Shown: positions 12,025 through 25,207, counted from the whole stretch's first letter. The stretch is DNA of 63,075 nucleotides, filler included, from Octopus bimaculoides (GCF_001194135.2; 5 parts of 5 records of this genome joined end to end with filler, not necessarily neighbours in it); one strand, 5' to 3'. Translations and numbers: made by a program. The notes: a model not told the origin generated them from the sequence alone.

Positions 12025-12701
12025 AATTTCAAATTTTGGCATAAGGTCAGCAGTTTCGGAAAAGTGCTCAATTGGTAGTTCTTTTACCGACCCTGAAAGG
12101 ATGAAAGGCAAAGTCGACCTCGACGGAATTTAAACTCAGAATTTAAACTCATCGAAGAGGCCAGGGAATAGAAGAAAGAAGACATGCACCCAACACCAGA
12201 GCTGAAGACACCTCCGAAAGGGGGGGGCGCCACGTCAAAACGGTAGAGGAGTAGGGGCCGAAACCGGACGTCGTTCCTCCTGATGATGTCTTGAGCTAAC
12301 TGGATCTTAATCCATCAAGGTAAGGTATGTCAGAAGAAAGTAATTCAACAACACGGGTTGATGAACCGTAAGACGTGTGGCCAGAACCTCCTGGAAAATA
12401 ACCATAGCGAGGGACATTCCACAGTTGAATTAGAACAGTCACAAACAGTGAAAGAAGACATGCACCCAACACCAGAGCTGAAGACACCTCCGAAAGGAGG
12501 GGCCCCGCCACGTCAAAACGGTAGAGGAGTAGGGGCCGAAATCGGACGTGGTTCCTCCTGATGATGTCTTGAGCTAACTGGATCCTATAAAGGAGCTGTT
12601 GTGGTAGCAGACCACGAAACATGGTTGAAATTCCTCAGACAGATGAAATGTCGCTAAGTAATTTGCCCGGTGTGCTTACGATTCTGCCAGCTCGCCACCT
12701 T
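12025..12701 (-). mobile_element. SINE family B split by an insertion (parts 12025-12140 and 12637-12701)
   Basis: Left part ends at ggaatttaaactcagaa, right part resumes at agacagatgaaatgtcgctaag; these are adjacent in intact copies such as 9888-10100. Confidence 0.8.
12151..12636. mobile_element. Unclassified GC-rich insertion with ~134-bp direct repeats (12174-12306, 12450-12584)
   Basis: Two near-identical repeats read directly; the element interrupts a SINE. Confidence 0.65.
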
Positions 12702-13575
12702 AAGCTGTATATATATCATAAATACATTTCGACTGGTTTTCTATGCTTTCTACAGTTTTAATGATTAATGTAATACGGATTTCCATATTGGCATTAATAA
12801 TGTCATTTACTAAAGAGAAGAAAGAGAATGTCAATAAAGTTGACCTCAGAATATCATCAGTAGTGACTGAAAGCGAAGTCTTTAGTAAAAGAAAAGTGGA
12901 AACAGCTAATTGTTTCTTGAAAAGAACACAAGCCTTTGGTGAGGACACGAACACAGCTTAAACTAAACAAAAAGGAACGTTGTGTCAGCTTTCTTTCGCC
13001 TCCTCTTCTCTTTCTTTCGATAACTGGATTGTTTTTTTCTCTTCTTTGTTTTCCTCACCAATGAGAGAGTTAATTAATGTTCAATTAGGTATTTCAGGTG
13101 TTCTCTGATGAAAAATATTTAAAAAGCATTTAAGAAATAGCAATTTACGAAAATCAAACGTAAATGTTTCAGACTACATTTAATTTCTTAATTAAACTCA
13201 GAAGTCAACTTTTGTTTTGATGGGCGTGAAGTATAATTAATTTAAGAGACTCCAGTATATAATTGGTATTTATCTTATCTTATCGTAAAACATAATAGAC
13301 AAAGTCGTTTCTGTTTTAACTTAACCGCTGCAGGATGAAACACATGTAATTTATTTAGCATATCTCAATTTTATGTAAACGACTCCAGCGACCCCTTACT
13401 GTTTCAAATACTGGTTAAAACCACATCGAAGTAATTCTGCAGCTATGAAGTTCGTGAAAAGAAATGGCAGTTCTTATCTATGATATTTCGTTTAACTTTA
13501 AGTTTTGTATATAAGGTCGGTATAGTTGACTGCATGATTGTAAATATGTTACGCACACACACACACGCCCCCCCC

Positions 13576-13620
<45 letters not shown>

Positions 13621-13904
13621 NNNNNNNNNNNNNNNNNNNNNNNNNNNNNNNNNNNNNNNNNNNNNNNNNNNNNNNNNNNNNNNNNNNNNNNNNNNNNNNN
13701 NNNNNNNNNNNNNNNNNNNNNNNNNGACTATCAGACTTTATTCACAAGGTATTTGTTGATCCTAGGTTATAGTAGAAGACACGAGCCCAAGGTGTTACGC
13801 AATGTGCTCGAACTCACAGCCACGTGATTACGAGTTAACTTTCTTAACCTCTTAACAATGCCTCTATACACACCCGCCCAGACACACATAAACATACACA
13901 CATT

Positions 13905-13947
<43 letters not shown>

Positions 13948-13955
13948 TTTATCTG

Positions 13956-14350
13956 TTACTTGTTTCAGTCATTAGACTGCGGCCATGCTGGGGTACCGCC
14001 TTGAAGAATTTCTAGTCGAATGTATCGACCCCAATACTTATTTTCCTTAAAGTCTGGTATTTATTCTATCGGTCTCTTTTGCCGAACCGCTAAGTTAGTG
14101 GGACGTAAACACACCAGCACCGATTGCCAAGCGGTGGTGGGGGAAAACACAGATGCAAAGACATACGCACAGATGTATATACACATATAACGACGTGTTT
14201 TTTTCAGTTTCAGTCAATCAAATCCACTCACAAGTTTTTGGTCTGCTCGAGGCTATAATAAAAGACACTTGGCCAAGGTGCCACGCAGTGAGACTGAACC
14301 CAGAACCATGTGGCTGGGAAGCAAGCGTCTTATCACACAGCCATGCATGC
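13956..14350 (-). mobile_element. SINE family A
   Basis: Colinear with 6249-6644. Confidence 0.85.
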
Positions 14351-14546
14351 ACTATGTACATATATCGTATCGTGCTTGGTAAATAACATCAAAGATATCA
14401 AGATCTGCGCAGCTTCCGATACAAACATGTACGAGATTAATGTAAATTTATGTAGTTGTACTTATAAACCATTGCGAGATAACATATAACGAAGGTCTAC
14501 CATTGGTTTTGCGGTCTTAGTTTCCAGGTTTTGCTTAAATCTACAC

Positions 14547-14935
14547 CTTTTACTTGTTTCACTCACTGGACTGCGGCCTAGCTGGGGCACCACCTTGAAT
14601 GGTGTAGTCGAACAATTCGACTTCAGTGCTTATTTCTTTAAAGTCTGGCGCTTATTCTATGGGTCTCTTCTACCGAATCGCTAAGTTACGCGGACATAAA
14701 CAGACCAATATCACTCATCAAACGATAGTGGGGAACAAGCACAAATACTAATACATATAAACGTATATTTAAAACGGTCTTCTTTTCAGTTTCCGTCTAC
14801 CAAATCCACTCACAAGGCTTTTGTCAGCTAGAGGCTATAGTAGAAGACACTACGTTAGGTGCCACACAGTGGAACTGAACCTGGAAGCATGCGGTTAGGA
14901 AGCGAACTTGTTACCACTGGGCCACGTTTGCGCCT
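14547..14935 (-). mobile_element. SINE family A
   Basis: Colinear with 6249-6644; ends in tgcgcct (head). Confidence 0.82.
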
Positions 14936-15458
14936 ATGATATAAAAGCGATATTAAAATTTCAAGAAAAAGCTTTGGGCTGTAGTATTAAATAGAAAATT
15001 CTTGGGAAGTTTCAGTTCCTACCAAATTGGAAGTAAAAGACGTAATTTATGTACAACAGAGGAGAGGTAACTCGTCAAATCCTTTCACATGTTAAACCTC
15101 TAATTAAACACCAGATCAGAGAAAACTGGGAAATGCAGGAACTTTGAAAAGTACCTAATACGCTATTGAGAAATACCATTTTCATCTGACTAGAATTACA
15201 CTGATATTGCTTCGCCTAAGCCCTTTTTGTTCTCTACCAACTTCTTCTCTATTAACCATTTCATTGTATATTTCAATTTTCTTCATAACCCACATTCCCT
15301 TTCCCAATGCGAGAGGTTTATTTCTCTTAACGATATTTAATAATTTGCCAACCCCACAACTTCAAACATTCTCCCTACGCCAATGATTTTGAGACTCCGA
15401 AACCAATGGTTCACGATCCAATAAGTTGATATCTGTTGCTTTATTTATGCAAATATAT

Positions 15459-15505
<47 letters not shown>

Positions 15506-15549
15506 NNNNNNNNNNNNNNNNNNNNNNNNNNNNNNNNNNNNNNNNNNNN

Positions 15550-15561
15550 TTAATTAATTAA
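15550..15561. other. Assembly gap linker TTAATTAATTAA
   Basis: Exactly 44 N on each side (100-bp block); stop codons in all six frames. Confidence 0.95.
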
Positions 15562-15605
15562 NNNNNNNNNNNNNNNNNNNNNNNNNNNNNNNNNNNNNNN
15601 NNNNN

Positions 15606-15970
15606 CAGTTCTTTCCTTCAAAATTCCTACATGCACGATATGCACATACATCAAGGTATATTTGTAGAAAATTTCACGAAAAAATATTAATTTTCCTGGA
15701 AGTTAAGAGGAATTTAAGTGGACTCCGTTGGAATTTCCGACAATTGTCCCCCAACCCCATTCCAAAAAGCTTTCACCGGAAAGTTTGTATATTCGGATTC
15801 TACATAGTTAATACTATATGCGTAGAAAATTTCATTAAAAAAAATTCATTTTTCTGAAAGTTATGACCTCTCGACGTCTGGGGGGTAAAACCCTGTAGTT
15901 ATGCCAAGGTGGCATAACTACAGGGTTTTAAAGTCTGGGGGGTAAAACCCTGTAGTTATGCCTAGGTATA
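15606..15970. mobile_element. Helentron/HINE-like or foldback element end
   Basis: Perfect 21-bp hairpin 15886-15930, 30-bp direct repeat 15876-15905/15933-15962, and an internal repeated block gtagaaaatttca...ttt..ctg.aagtta.ga. Confidence 0.45.
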
Positions 15971-16389
15971 GAGACGCAATGTGCTTATGAAGTTGCGTGT
16001 TTGTTCATACAAATACTTGAGTGCATATATACATACGTGTTTATATATATATGTATATATAATTATGTATATGTGTATATGTATGTATTTGCCTATGTTA
16101 AAATATGTATGATCACTTGCTTGTTTATCTGTACACATGTGTGTGCTTGTGTGTGTGTGTGTATGTGCATGCATGTGTACAGGTTTATGGGCAATACAGA
16201 TTTATACAAGCACGCACATTTATACATATACAAGTACATATTTACACATATAAACTCATCCGTGCATACCTGTTCTTTCCTGTTAGTTAGTGTCTCTGAT
16301 TTACCACTAAAATCTAGATGCTTTGTTACAATAGATAATTATAGAGAAAGTATCATCAGTCTATAATGAACGGCGGAAATATCTGAAAT

Positions 16390-17060
16390 ATCAACAACAA
16401 CGCTGGTAATAACAAAATTTACAACAACAACAATAGTAATAATCTCAAAATCTTCGTTACGATCACTAACATCTCGATCAACATTATTCCCCTCATTATA
16501 AATCACAATTATCGTAACCTTTATGATCATCATAATTGCAACAACACGAGCATCATAGTAACACTATCACACCATCACCGTCACCACCGTCACCCGTAGC
16601 GTCATCGCCGTCATCATCATCAATAATATTATCGTCACCGACGTCTGTATCACCATCACCGTCGTCGACGCCGTCGTGTTTGTCCTCGTCATGATCGTCA
16701 CCGTCTTAACCACCGTTTTACGGACGGCATCGTTAATGCGAATGATAATAGACACAACATCAATAACAACAGCAACATAACGAACAAAAACAACAACAAC
16801 AATAATAACAATAATAAGGATGATGACGACAAAAGCAGATACAAAACAACGAAAACGCGATACGTGTAACAAACATCGCTTACTAAGTGGCGAAAATATT
16901 TCCCATAAATTAGAAATAAAGTTAATAAGATAAATGCAAAACAAAATAAATAAACATCACGAAAACAAACGGTAAACATAAACATTCGCAGCCGAAAAGA
17001 AGTGGTGGTGGCGGTGTTGGTGTTGTTGGTGTTGTTGGTGGTGCTGGTGCTGGTGTGATG
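16390..17060. repeat. Compound trinucleotide low-complexity tract (AAC/ATC/GTC/GGT)
   Basis: Direct reading. Confidence 0.85.
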
Positions 17061-17461
17061 TGGGGGATAAAGTAAATCAGGAGTGACTAAGAGCGGAGTA
17101 CTTAATGAACTGTGTATCTGTCAAGGGTTTGTCAGTTTAGTCGTCGCCAGTTAATAGAACAAGAGAAAGGAAATTGAAGTTTCGAGGACAGTTTTGGGCC
17201 ACAACTGTCGTGAATAGATGCGTTTGTGAAACTCTCCGTGTGTATACGCACGTATGCATGAGGAGCGTATGTGAATGTGTGTGTTTGTGTGTGTGTGTGT
17301 GTGTTTATGTAAGTTTGATGGTGTGTCTGTAATGCAGTAACTAGAGAAATGAAAACGCTGATTATTCGAGTCATGTTCAACAGCCTCACGTTCATATATG
17401 GAAACTGTTTAACACATCAATGCCAGTCCTGAAGTATAAATTAGTTTTCTTATCTCGGGCT

Positions 17462-17462
17462 T

Positions 17463-17545
<83 letters not shown>

Positions 17546-17605
17546 CATTATTGTTAATAACATATTGTCATTAATGATATTATTAACAACAGCGACGACG
17601 ACGAA

Positions 17606-17644
<39 letters not shown>

Positions 17645-17701
17645 AATGATGACGACGATGACGATGACGACAACAACAACGACAACGACGATGATGATGA
17701 T
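17462..17701. repeat. (AAT)n and (GAT)n microsatellites
   Basis: Direct reading. Confidence 0.95.
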
Positions 17702-17880
17702 GTAGATCAAGCAATAACCCAACAGTGGCTGAGAATTTTAGGAACGAAAGTTTCATAATGGCGGCACAAGACCAAAGCTTCCTCAAAAAAAAAAACAACT
17801 ACCAGGTTAACGTTCTTCAAAACAATTCTGACCCTAAATGCCGATTCTGCGATACATTGAACGAAACAATAGACCATCTC
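17702..17880 (+). pseudogene. R4/Dong-like non-LTR retrotransposon fragment (post-RT region with start of zinc knuckle)
   Basis: Translates as VDQAITQQWLRILG, frameshift, ESFIMAAQDQSFLKKKNNYQVNVLQNNSDPKCRFCDTLNETIDHL; the E-x-F-x-x-A-x-Q-D-Q and C-x2-C-x4-E-T-x2-H motifs are typical of R4-clade elements. Confidence 0.8.
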
Positions 17881-17947
17881 AAAAATCATTAATGATGACA
17901 TGAATGTTTCTGTTTCCTTATATGTTTCCCAAAACTGGAAAAAAAGA

Positions 17948-18000
<53 letters not shown>

Positions 18001-18559
18001 TGTGTGTGTATAAGTAGGTATGTATATATGTATGTATGAATATATGTTTCTATGTATGTATGCAGCCCTCAAATGGGAGTAATATGGCAAAAGATTTTTT
18101 TCTCCTCATGGAATCAAACGTTTCTTATAAATGTTTTGTTTTTTGCTGCAAAGTAATAACACTTACCGTATTAATTCTCTGTTATATAATGGCGTCGCTT
18201 AATCAACGGAGACCTTTTAAACACAAGAACTATAAAAGCGAAAGCAATAACAGCATCACCGAAAACAGCAGCAAACAACATCGGTAACAACGAACATCAG
18301 AGCAATGACAAAGAAAGCGGGAACGGAAATGAAGCGGTTAAAAAATACAAATTCAGCATTTCTTCATTCGAAACCAAACAGAGAGAAAGTCAACCAGCAT
18401 TAAAGAAAACTGCAAAAGAAAACAAACAAGCAAAACGAATTGTGTTATTTGCCATCACAGAATATTTCGCCATTTTTTCACATGACATATTTCCACCTCC
18501 AACGTCTCCATCGTCGACATCTTTAGAAACTAGCGTAAAGACCACCCTCACTAACATCA

Positions 18560-18898
18560 CCACCGACAACTACACAAACAAACAAAAACAATTACAACAG
18601 AAACAACAACAACAACACAAACAACAATAACAACAGCGGCAGCAACAACAACAATAACGGAAGCAGCACTAGTGAAAATAACAACAGCAGCACTAATAAA
18701 AATTAACAGTGAAACAACAGCACCGACAACAACCACAGCAGCAGCAATAACAACAACAAACACCAGCGTGATTAACAGCATCATTAACACTACGACAAGC
18801 ACTAATAAATATGGCAACGGACATAGGCAAAACCAGCAACAACAACAAAAAACAACAACAATGGCATTAAAGATCAGATGATGACTATAATGATGTTC

Positions 18899-18936
<38 letters not shown>

Positions 18937-18980
18937 AACGACGAGGGCGACGATGATGATGATTATGATGATGATGATCC
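18560..18980. repeat. (AAC)/(AGC)/(GAT) low-complexity tract
   Basis: Direct reading. Confidence 0.85.
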
Positions 18981-19444
18981 TGAAAATTATGAAGAGTTAG
19001 GTAAATTACCTGCAGGTATTTAAGAAGGGGAATGGTCGCTATTATGAACATCAGTTCTTACACTCGTGCACAATTTCGACCCCGTAAAAATAAAAGGCAA
19101 AGTTGATATGGGATTCTCCTGTAATTGATATCAATAGACTCTATGGTGTGTCCCATGAGGTGGAATTTATCAGCGTTGAATATACCTAGGCAGAATAACC
19201 CTTATACAAATTGATAAACACTCTATCAAGATTTATATTTAATCCCTGGTTTTCTATCGGGTTTGCAAGACTTTCCAAGAATTTCAAGTTTCCTTTGATT
19301 ACCAAGAAATATTATAATCTCAAATCCATCGTTTGCTGCTATTAATTCTTCGTTTATATAAGGGGAATATTCTGATTAGCAACAGAGATTGAAGACAGGT
19401 TGAAACCTAAACTTCCTCTAGTACTTTTTGTGGAAGAAGGCTAG

Positions 19445-19620
19445 CATTTTCGGGAGAGGGTGTAAGTCGATGAGATTGAACCCAGTGTGCAACTGATACT
19501 TATTTTAACGTCTCCGAAAGGATGAAATGCAAAGTCGACCGCGGGGGAATTCGAACTCAAAGCATAACGACTGGCGAAATGCCACTAAACCTATTGTCCG
19601 GCATGTTAATTATTCTGTGA
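19445..19620 (-). mobile_element. SINE family B (diverged)
   Basis: ccgaaaggatgaaatgcaaagtcgacc...gaattcgaactc. Confidence 0.7.
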
Positions 19621-19679
19621 GATTGAATGTTTCAATAGCACCAACAATGAAAATAAGAACGACAACAGCAACAACAACT

Positions 19680-19774
<95 letters not shown>

Positions 19775-21190
19775 TATAAAGGAAGTAGATTCTATGACGA
19801 AGTGAAGCTCAAGGAGAAGCAGACGAAATGTACGAGAAAAATATGCAGGGAATCGCATTCTTGTAGATGAAATTAAAACTCAGACAGACTGGTATGAAGC
19901 ATAAAAATACAAGATATATTACAAGAAAGATAAGATGGAAAAGACGAAAATAATGAAGATGAGGAGAGGAGGGACATTGGGGAAGAAACGTTTGCGGGAG
20001 AGGAAGGGAAAAAATACAATCGATAAATATATTTGCAAGATGGGGATGTTGAGGCGAACGTGATATTTTCTAGCTCATTTAAACGCTTTAAGCTGCTACA
20101 GACTATTAAGCGAGTGACAAAGCCCTTTGACGTGTGTGTATAAGTTATTTCTTTTAATATTTTTGTTTTTGTTCTGTTTTATTAATAAACTCAGCAAAAA
20201 AAAAGAACAAAAATAACCATGTTCTCAAACATTGGAACATACAGTAAAACAGCAGTAAGAAGAAAATAATTAACAATGTAAGACGGAGGAGAGAAGATAT
20301 AAAACCAAGTCTATTTCGTGGAAATCATGAAATGGCATGCGCATGTGTGTGTGTGAGTATGTGTGTCAATGTACATATATCTACACATACATATTTATAA
20401 TTGTTTACATACATATACATACATTTCCCTATGCACATATGCGTACGTATATATGCTCATGTACATATAAATGCATGTGTATAAATATATATANNNNNNN
20501 NNNNNNNNNNNNNNNNNNNNNNNNNNNNNNNNNNNNNNNNNNNNNNNNNNNNNNNNNNNNNNNNNNNNNNNNNNNNNNNNNNNNNNNNNNNNNNNNNNNN
20601 NNNNNNNNNNNNNNNNNNNNNNNNNNNNNNNNNNNNNNNNNNNNNNNNNNNNNNNNNNNNNNNNNNNNNNNNNNNNNNNNNNNNNNNNNNNNNNNNNNNN
20701 NNATATATTATTTTATACACGCACGCTCACACCAACACACACACTCAAACACACACATACAAACAAACACATATTTTTATACATACACATTACTTTATAT
20801 ATCATTAAGAAAAAAACCACTAACGAGTGGATGTGAAAGAAAAAAAAACAGACAAAACAAATAAAATTTAGTTTTGCGACTAATGGTTTGTTTCTGTTCG
20901 CCACTTGGGAAACTAATCAATGCGATTTCACTAATTAGTGTTGGCTCAAGAAGCACTGTTCGTCCGATTGCTCTCATTCGCTCTGTCAAGCAATATCCAC
21001 CACGATGCTTCTTCCATTTTGTTTTCTTTTTTTTCCGCTTTTTCTAACATTTGTAACTTTTGTAAAATTTGAGCTAAGTCTTTGGTTTTTCTTAATGATG
21101 CTGGTTATTATTATTGGCGTCGAAACAAACTATTGTTCTTATTGCTATTTAAACTGTCTTAATAATAATAATAATATTTATTCTTATTGG

Positions 21191-21260
<70 letters not shown>

Positions 21261-22044
21261 GTTATTAATTTTGTTGTTTGGTATCGGAAATATGAAAAAT
21301 ATTTTCGATTTTGTTTAAGTTTTACATTGCATCTTTTTTTGTCTTGTTTTATAATGAAACAATCGATACACTTGACAGAATTGTAGAACTAGTAAAAATA
21401 ACAAGAATACAAGTTATAATGATGGAGGCAAAAGTTGCTTTATACGACGCCATGTATTCACCGTTTCCATTTTGATTATTATCGTTTTGTGTCCTTCTTT
21501 CCATTTTTTACTATATTTTTCGCGTATTCCAAGAAGTATCTTACCTCTCAATTTACTGATACATTTTCCCTTCTGTACTTATATATATATATATATATAT
21601 ATCACCTTAACGCTCGATGAATAAACACACACGCACAAAAAACACTCGAAACATTGTATCTCCTTTATATTATTTGATTTGCTTCGGTTAGTAGACTGTT
21701 ACCATGCCAATGCACCGATTTGAAGGGGCATAATAGATCACATTGATTCTAGTACTTATTGGAGATAGTTCTATATCTTAAAGCGATCTCCTTCGAATAA
21801 CTTCGTTCCGTTAAACCAGAATACAGATACATGCGCAAACACTCACAGATAGGCGCTGGGTATATACGGTATGCTTACATACTTAAGCATGCAACCGTTG
21901 ATATATATGTTTATATGCAAATTGGTATTTATTATTATGTCGAACAGAATATCTTAGTGTATTTAGTTTTATGTTCTTACTTCAACTTCAGCGTTACTTT
22001 TTGTCCTCTTGAGGTAGACATCTTAATAACATTACGAGATTCAG

Positions 22045-22330
22045 AGGATGAAGATCCTTGAGCGTCTGATTCAGCATATTGTTACACTTTGTATTCTATT
22101 TGCAAAACGAAGCGACAATAACTGCGACCTGCACAGGGGATTGGTGCATGGTCAATCTTTCGTAATCGACGCTTGCAGAAAAGCAGGGAAGAAGAACACA
22201 CTGAGATGCAGTCCTTTATCGTCCCGGAATATCACACGGCAAGAAAACACATCGAAACGAATAACATGAGAAAAAAACAAACATACGAGGAGAGCGTATG
22301 GGATCAATCAGGAGATCATGAAAGATTTGT
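22045..22330 (+). pseudogene. Degenerate LINE reverse-transcriptase fragment
   Basis: MKILERLI...GQSFVIDACRKAGKKN resembles the KILERxI...DQIFxLRQxxEKxxEKN region of RTE/L2-type RT. Confidence 0.45.
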
Positions 22331-23419
22331 AAGAAGAAATAGATCATCCTTGTGCTAAAAACTAAGATTTTATTATATTATTTTCATTTGTTGTTNNNNN
22401 NNNNNNNNNNNNNNNNNNNNNNNNNNNNNNNNNNNNNNNNNNNNNNNNNNNNNNNNNNNNNNNNNNNNNNNNNNNNNNNNNNNNNNNNNNNNNNNNNNNN
22501 NNNNNNNNNNNNNNNNNNNNNNNNNNNNNNNNNNNNNNNNNNNNNNNNNNNNNNNNNNNNNNNNNNNNNNNNNNNNNNNNNNNNNNNNNNNNNNNNNNNN
22601 NNNNNNNNNNNNNNNNNNNNNNNNNNNNNNNNNNNNNNNNNNNNNNNNNNNNNNNNNATAAATATATATATATATATATATATAAACATTCACACACATA
22701 CACGCATTTATGTATGCATGCATGCATGTGTACGCATATATAGGTTAATAACTTTAGAGACTGATTTGACCCGGAAATATCCTGAACGGTTGTTGGGAGA
22801 ATTGTTTTACAAGTAAACATGCTATATTTTTTTTTCAGCGTGAAAATGCCCTATAATTTTTCACGATATTGAGATATGGTAATTATGTCTAATTCTAACG
22901 TATGTCCTCTATTTCATTTTGTGCTCTTCGTATCAATATTGAATAACACTAGTCGCGTAAAATTGCTAGTCGCCGTCTAGAGAATTTTTGCTTCCAACAA
23001 GTTAGAATGCTTGTACTTTAGTAAATACATGATCAGCCAAAGAACTCAGATAATTCTCGGCGTAAACTCAACCATGTAGAACAGCTAATGGGTAAAGAAA
23101 ATGTCGTTTTATGCCAAAGCAAATTTTCCATAATTCACTGAACGGCCAAACTGCCAGTGTGAAGTCTCTGGACGTAATAAATACATGACGAAGACGAAAA
23201 ACTCTGAATAATCATTTAGAGAAGATGGCACTCTTCCATTGTTCCATTGTTCCATTGTTCCATTGAGCCAATAAACACTTCTCAGAGTAGATGCTAATTT
23301 TCTGCTTATCAATGATGAGGGTAACTGCAGAAGTGGTTTTACAAATGCAACCAAGCGTCTAAACTGATAGAAATCATAACAAAAGCTTTGTTGACATAGG
23401 TTTTACAAAGTAGTGGTCT

Positions 23420-23665
23420 ATCTCTGTTGTCACTTTGTGACAATAGGTTTTGATATCCTGTGGAATGTTTCTGCGAGCTTCGAGTTTCTTTCTCAATTAA
23501 ACTTGCCAGAGTAAGTTTCCACCTTGACATTGGTGTTCCAACATTTTATTAGTGACTGTATTTTTCAATACTTGAAACATTTCAGCAATTTCAGTGACTA
23601 ACGCACCAGTCATCTGCGCTCCAACAATTTATCCTCTTAGAAAATCGATAAGTCACGCATTCTAA
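23420..23665 (-). pseudogene. Tc1-like transposase N-terminal fragment
   Basis: MRDLS, frameshift, RG*IVGAQMTGALVTEIAEMFQVLKNTV, then EKETRSSQKHSTG; similar to the Tc1 HTH start DLSDFQRGQIVGARxAGASVTxTA. Confidence 0.7.
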
Positions 23666-23780
23666 CTTATTTGACTATAAACATCTGCAAAATAAAAAGA
23701 AAACAACTGCATATGAATAGACATATAAAGACTAGATTGAATCTGAATTTGTCATACGGTCAATAAAAATTGCAGTGTAC

Positions 23781-23828
<48 letters not shown>

Positions 23829-23848
23829 ATCTGTGTGTNNNNNNNNNN

Positions 23849-23882
<34 letters not shown>

Positions 23883-23982
23883 ATCTGTGTGTATGTGTGT
23901 GTGTGTGTGTGTGTCTGTGTATGTATGTGTACAGAGAGAGAGATTGATAAATAGATGAAGAAATACATAGATAGACAGACAG

Positions 23983-24041
<59 letters not shown>

Positions 24042-24178
24042 CAGACAGACAGACAGACAGACATATAAATAGATAGTAGTATGTAGTACAAGATATGGAT
24101 TGAAGTGTAATGTCCACGCTGCAGAATTTCAGAAAATCCGATCGATGAAATTATCTCATAACATATATATGAACCATA

Positions 24179-24390
24179 AAAGTCAGGAGGTATGAGAAGT
24201 GTGTGTATTTAAATAACCAGTCGACATCCTTAGTCTTAAAGCTGTTTCCTTGGCGTATTTCTTTGTCAAAACGTTTAGTGTGGAGGAAATTATTTAACAT
24301 GTTTGCATGAAGAAGGCTGGTGTATGATCATAAACCGAAGGATGTCAACTGGTTAAATAAATACTTTGACCTCTCATACTCCCTGACTTG
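24179..24390. mobile_element. TA-flanked MITE (Tc1/mariner superfamily type)
   Basis: Imperfect ~52-bp terminal inverted repeats 24180-24231 and 24338-24389; TA on both flanks. Confidence 0.6.
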
Positions 24391-24418
24391 TATGTCTTCT
24401 GTCTATCTATCTATCAAT

Positions 24419-24474
<56 letters not shown>

Positions 24475-25018
24475 TCATCTATCTATTTATTTATTTATCT
24501 ATCTATCTATCTATCTATCTATCAATTTTGTCTATCCATTCAGGTGTTAATTGGGAGAGAGTAGCACAAGATTGAAATGGATAGAGGAAAAGAGTACACA
24601 ATGGTTGTTCGAAGTTTCAATGAGATAGAATGAAGTACAAGACGATCAAGTGAAAGCTTGGAAATAATGAACCAATAGAAGATGAAGGAATGTTTTATTT
24701 ACGCGTGTGATTTGTAGGAGGAAATGCACGAGTTGTGCACATCAGGCCAGGCATTAAAGGAGCCAGAAGTATCAGTCCCTTGTGAATTGTAATATGGCTA
24801 TTGTTTACAACAGAACATATGCAACATGCAGTAATTTTTGCAAATACTTGCCAGAGCTCAAGAGTTATAAGAGAGCTTCACATTGCATTATCAATGACTC
24901 TTTTCATTGATTCTTTCTAGCAATAGCTTCCAATACTAATAATGTGTGCGACTTGATATGTTTGCCTTACCTCAAGGTTTCTCGTCATCTTTAACAATTA
25001 TACACACAGAAACACACA

Positions 25019-25076
<58 letters not shown>

Positions 25077-25120
25077 NNNNNNNNNNNNNNNNNNNNNNNN
25101 NNNNNNNNNNNNNNNNNNNN

Positions 25121-25132
25121 TTAATTAATTAA
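25121..25132. other. Assembly gap linker TTAATTAATTAA
   Basis: 44 N on each side. Confidence 0.95.
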
Positions 25133-25176
25133 NNNNNNNNNNNNNNNNNNNNNNNNNNNNNNNNNNNNNNNNNNNN

Positions 25177-25207
<31 letters not shown>

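Noticed and set aside
12195-12290. Hammerhead ribozyme built from ctgaaga...gaaaccggacgtc within the direct repeat
   Set aside because: Stems I and II cannot be paired around the core, and the second repeat lacks the GTC
19200-19420. Possible Penelope-like coding remnant (FNPWFS...)
   Set aside because: Similarity limited to a few residues with multiple stops
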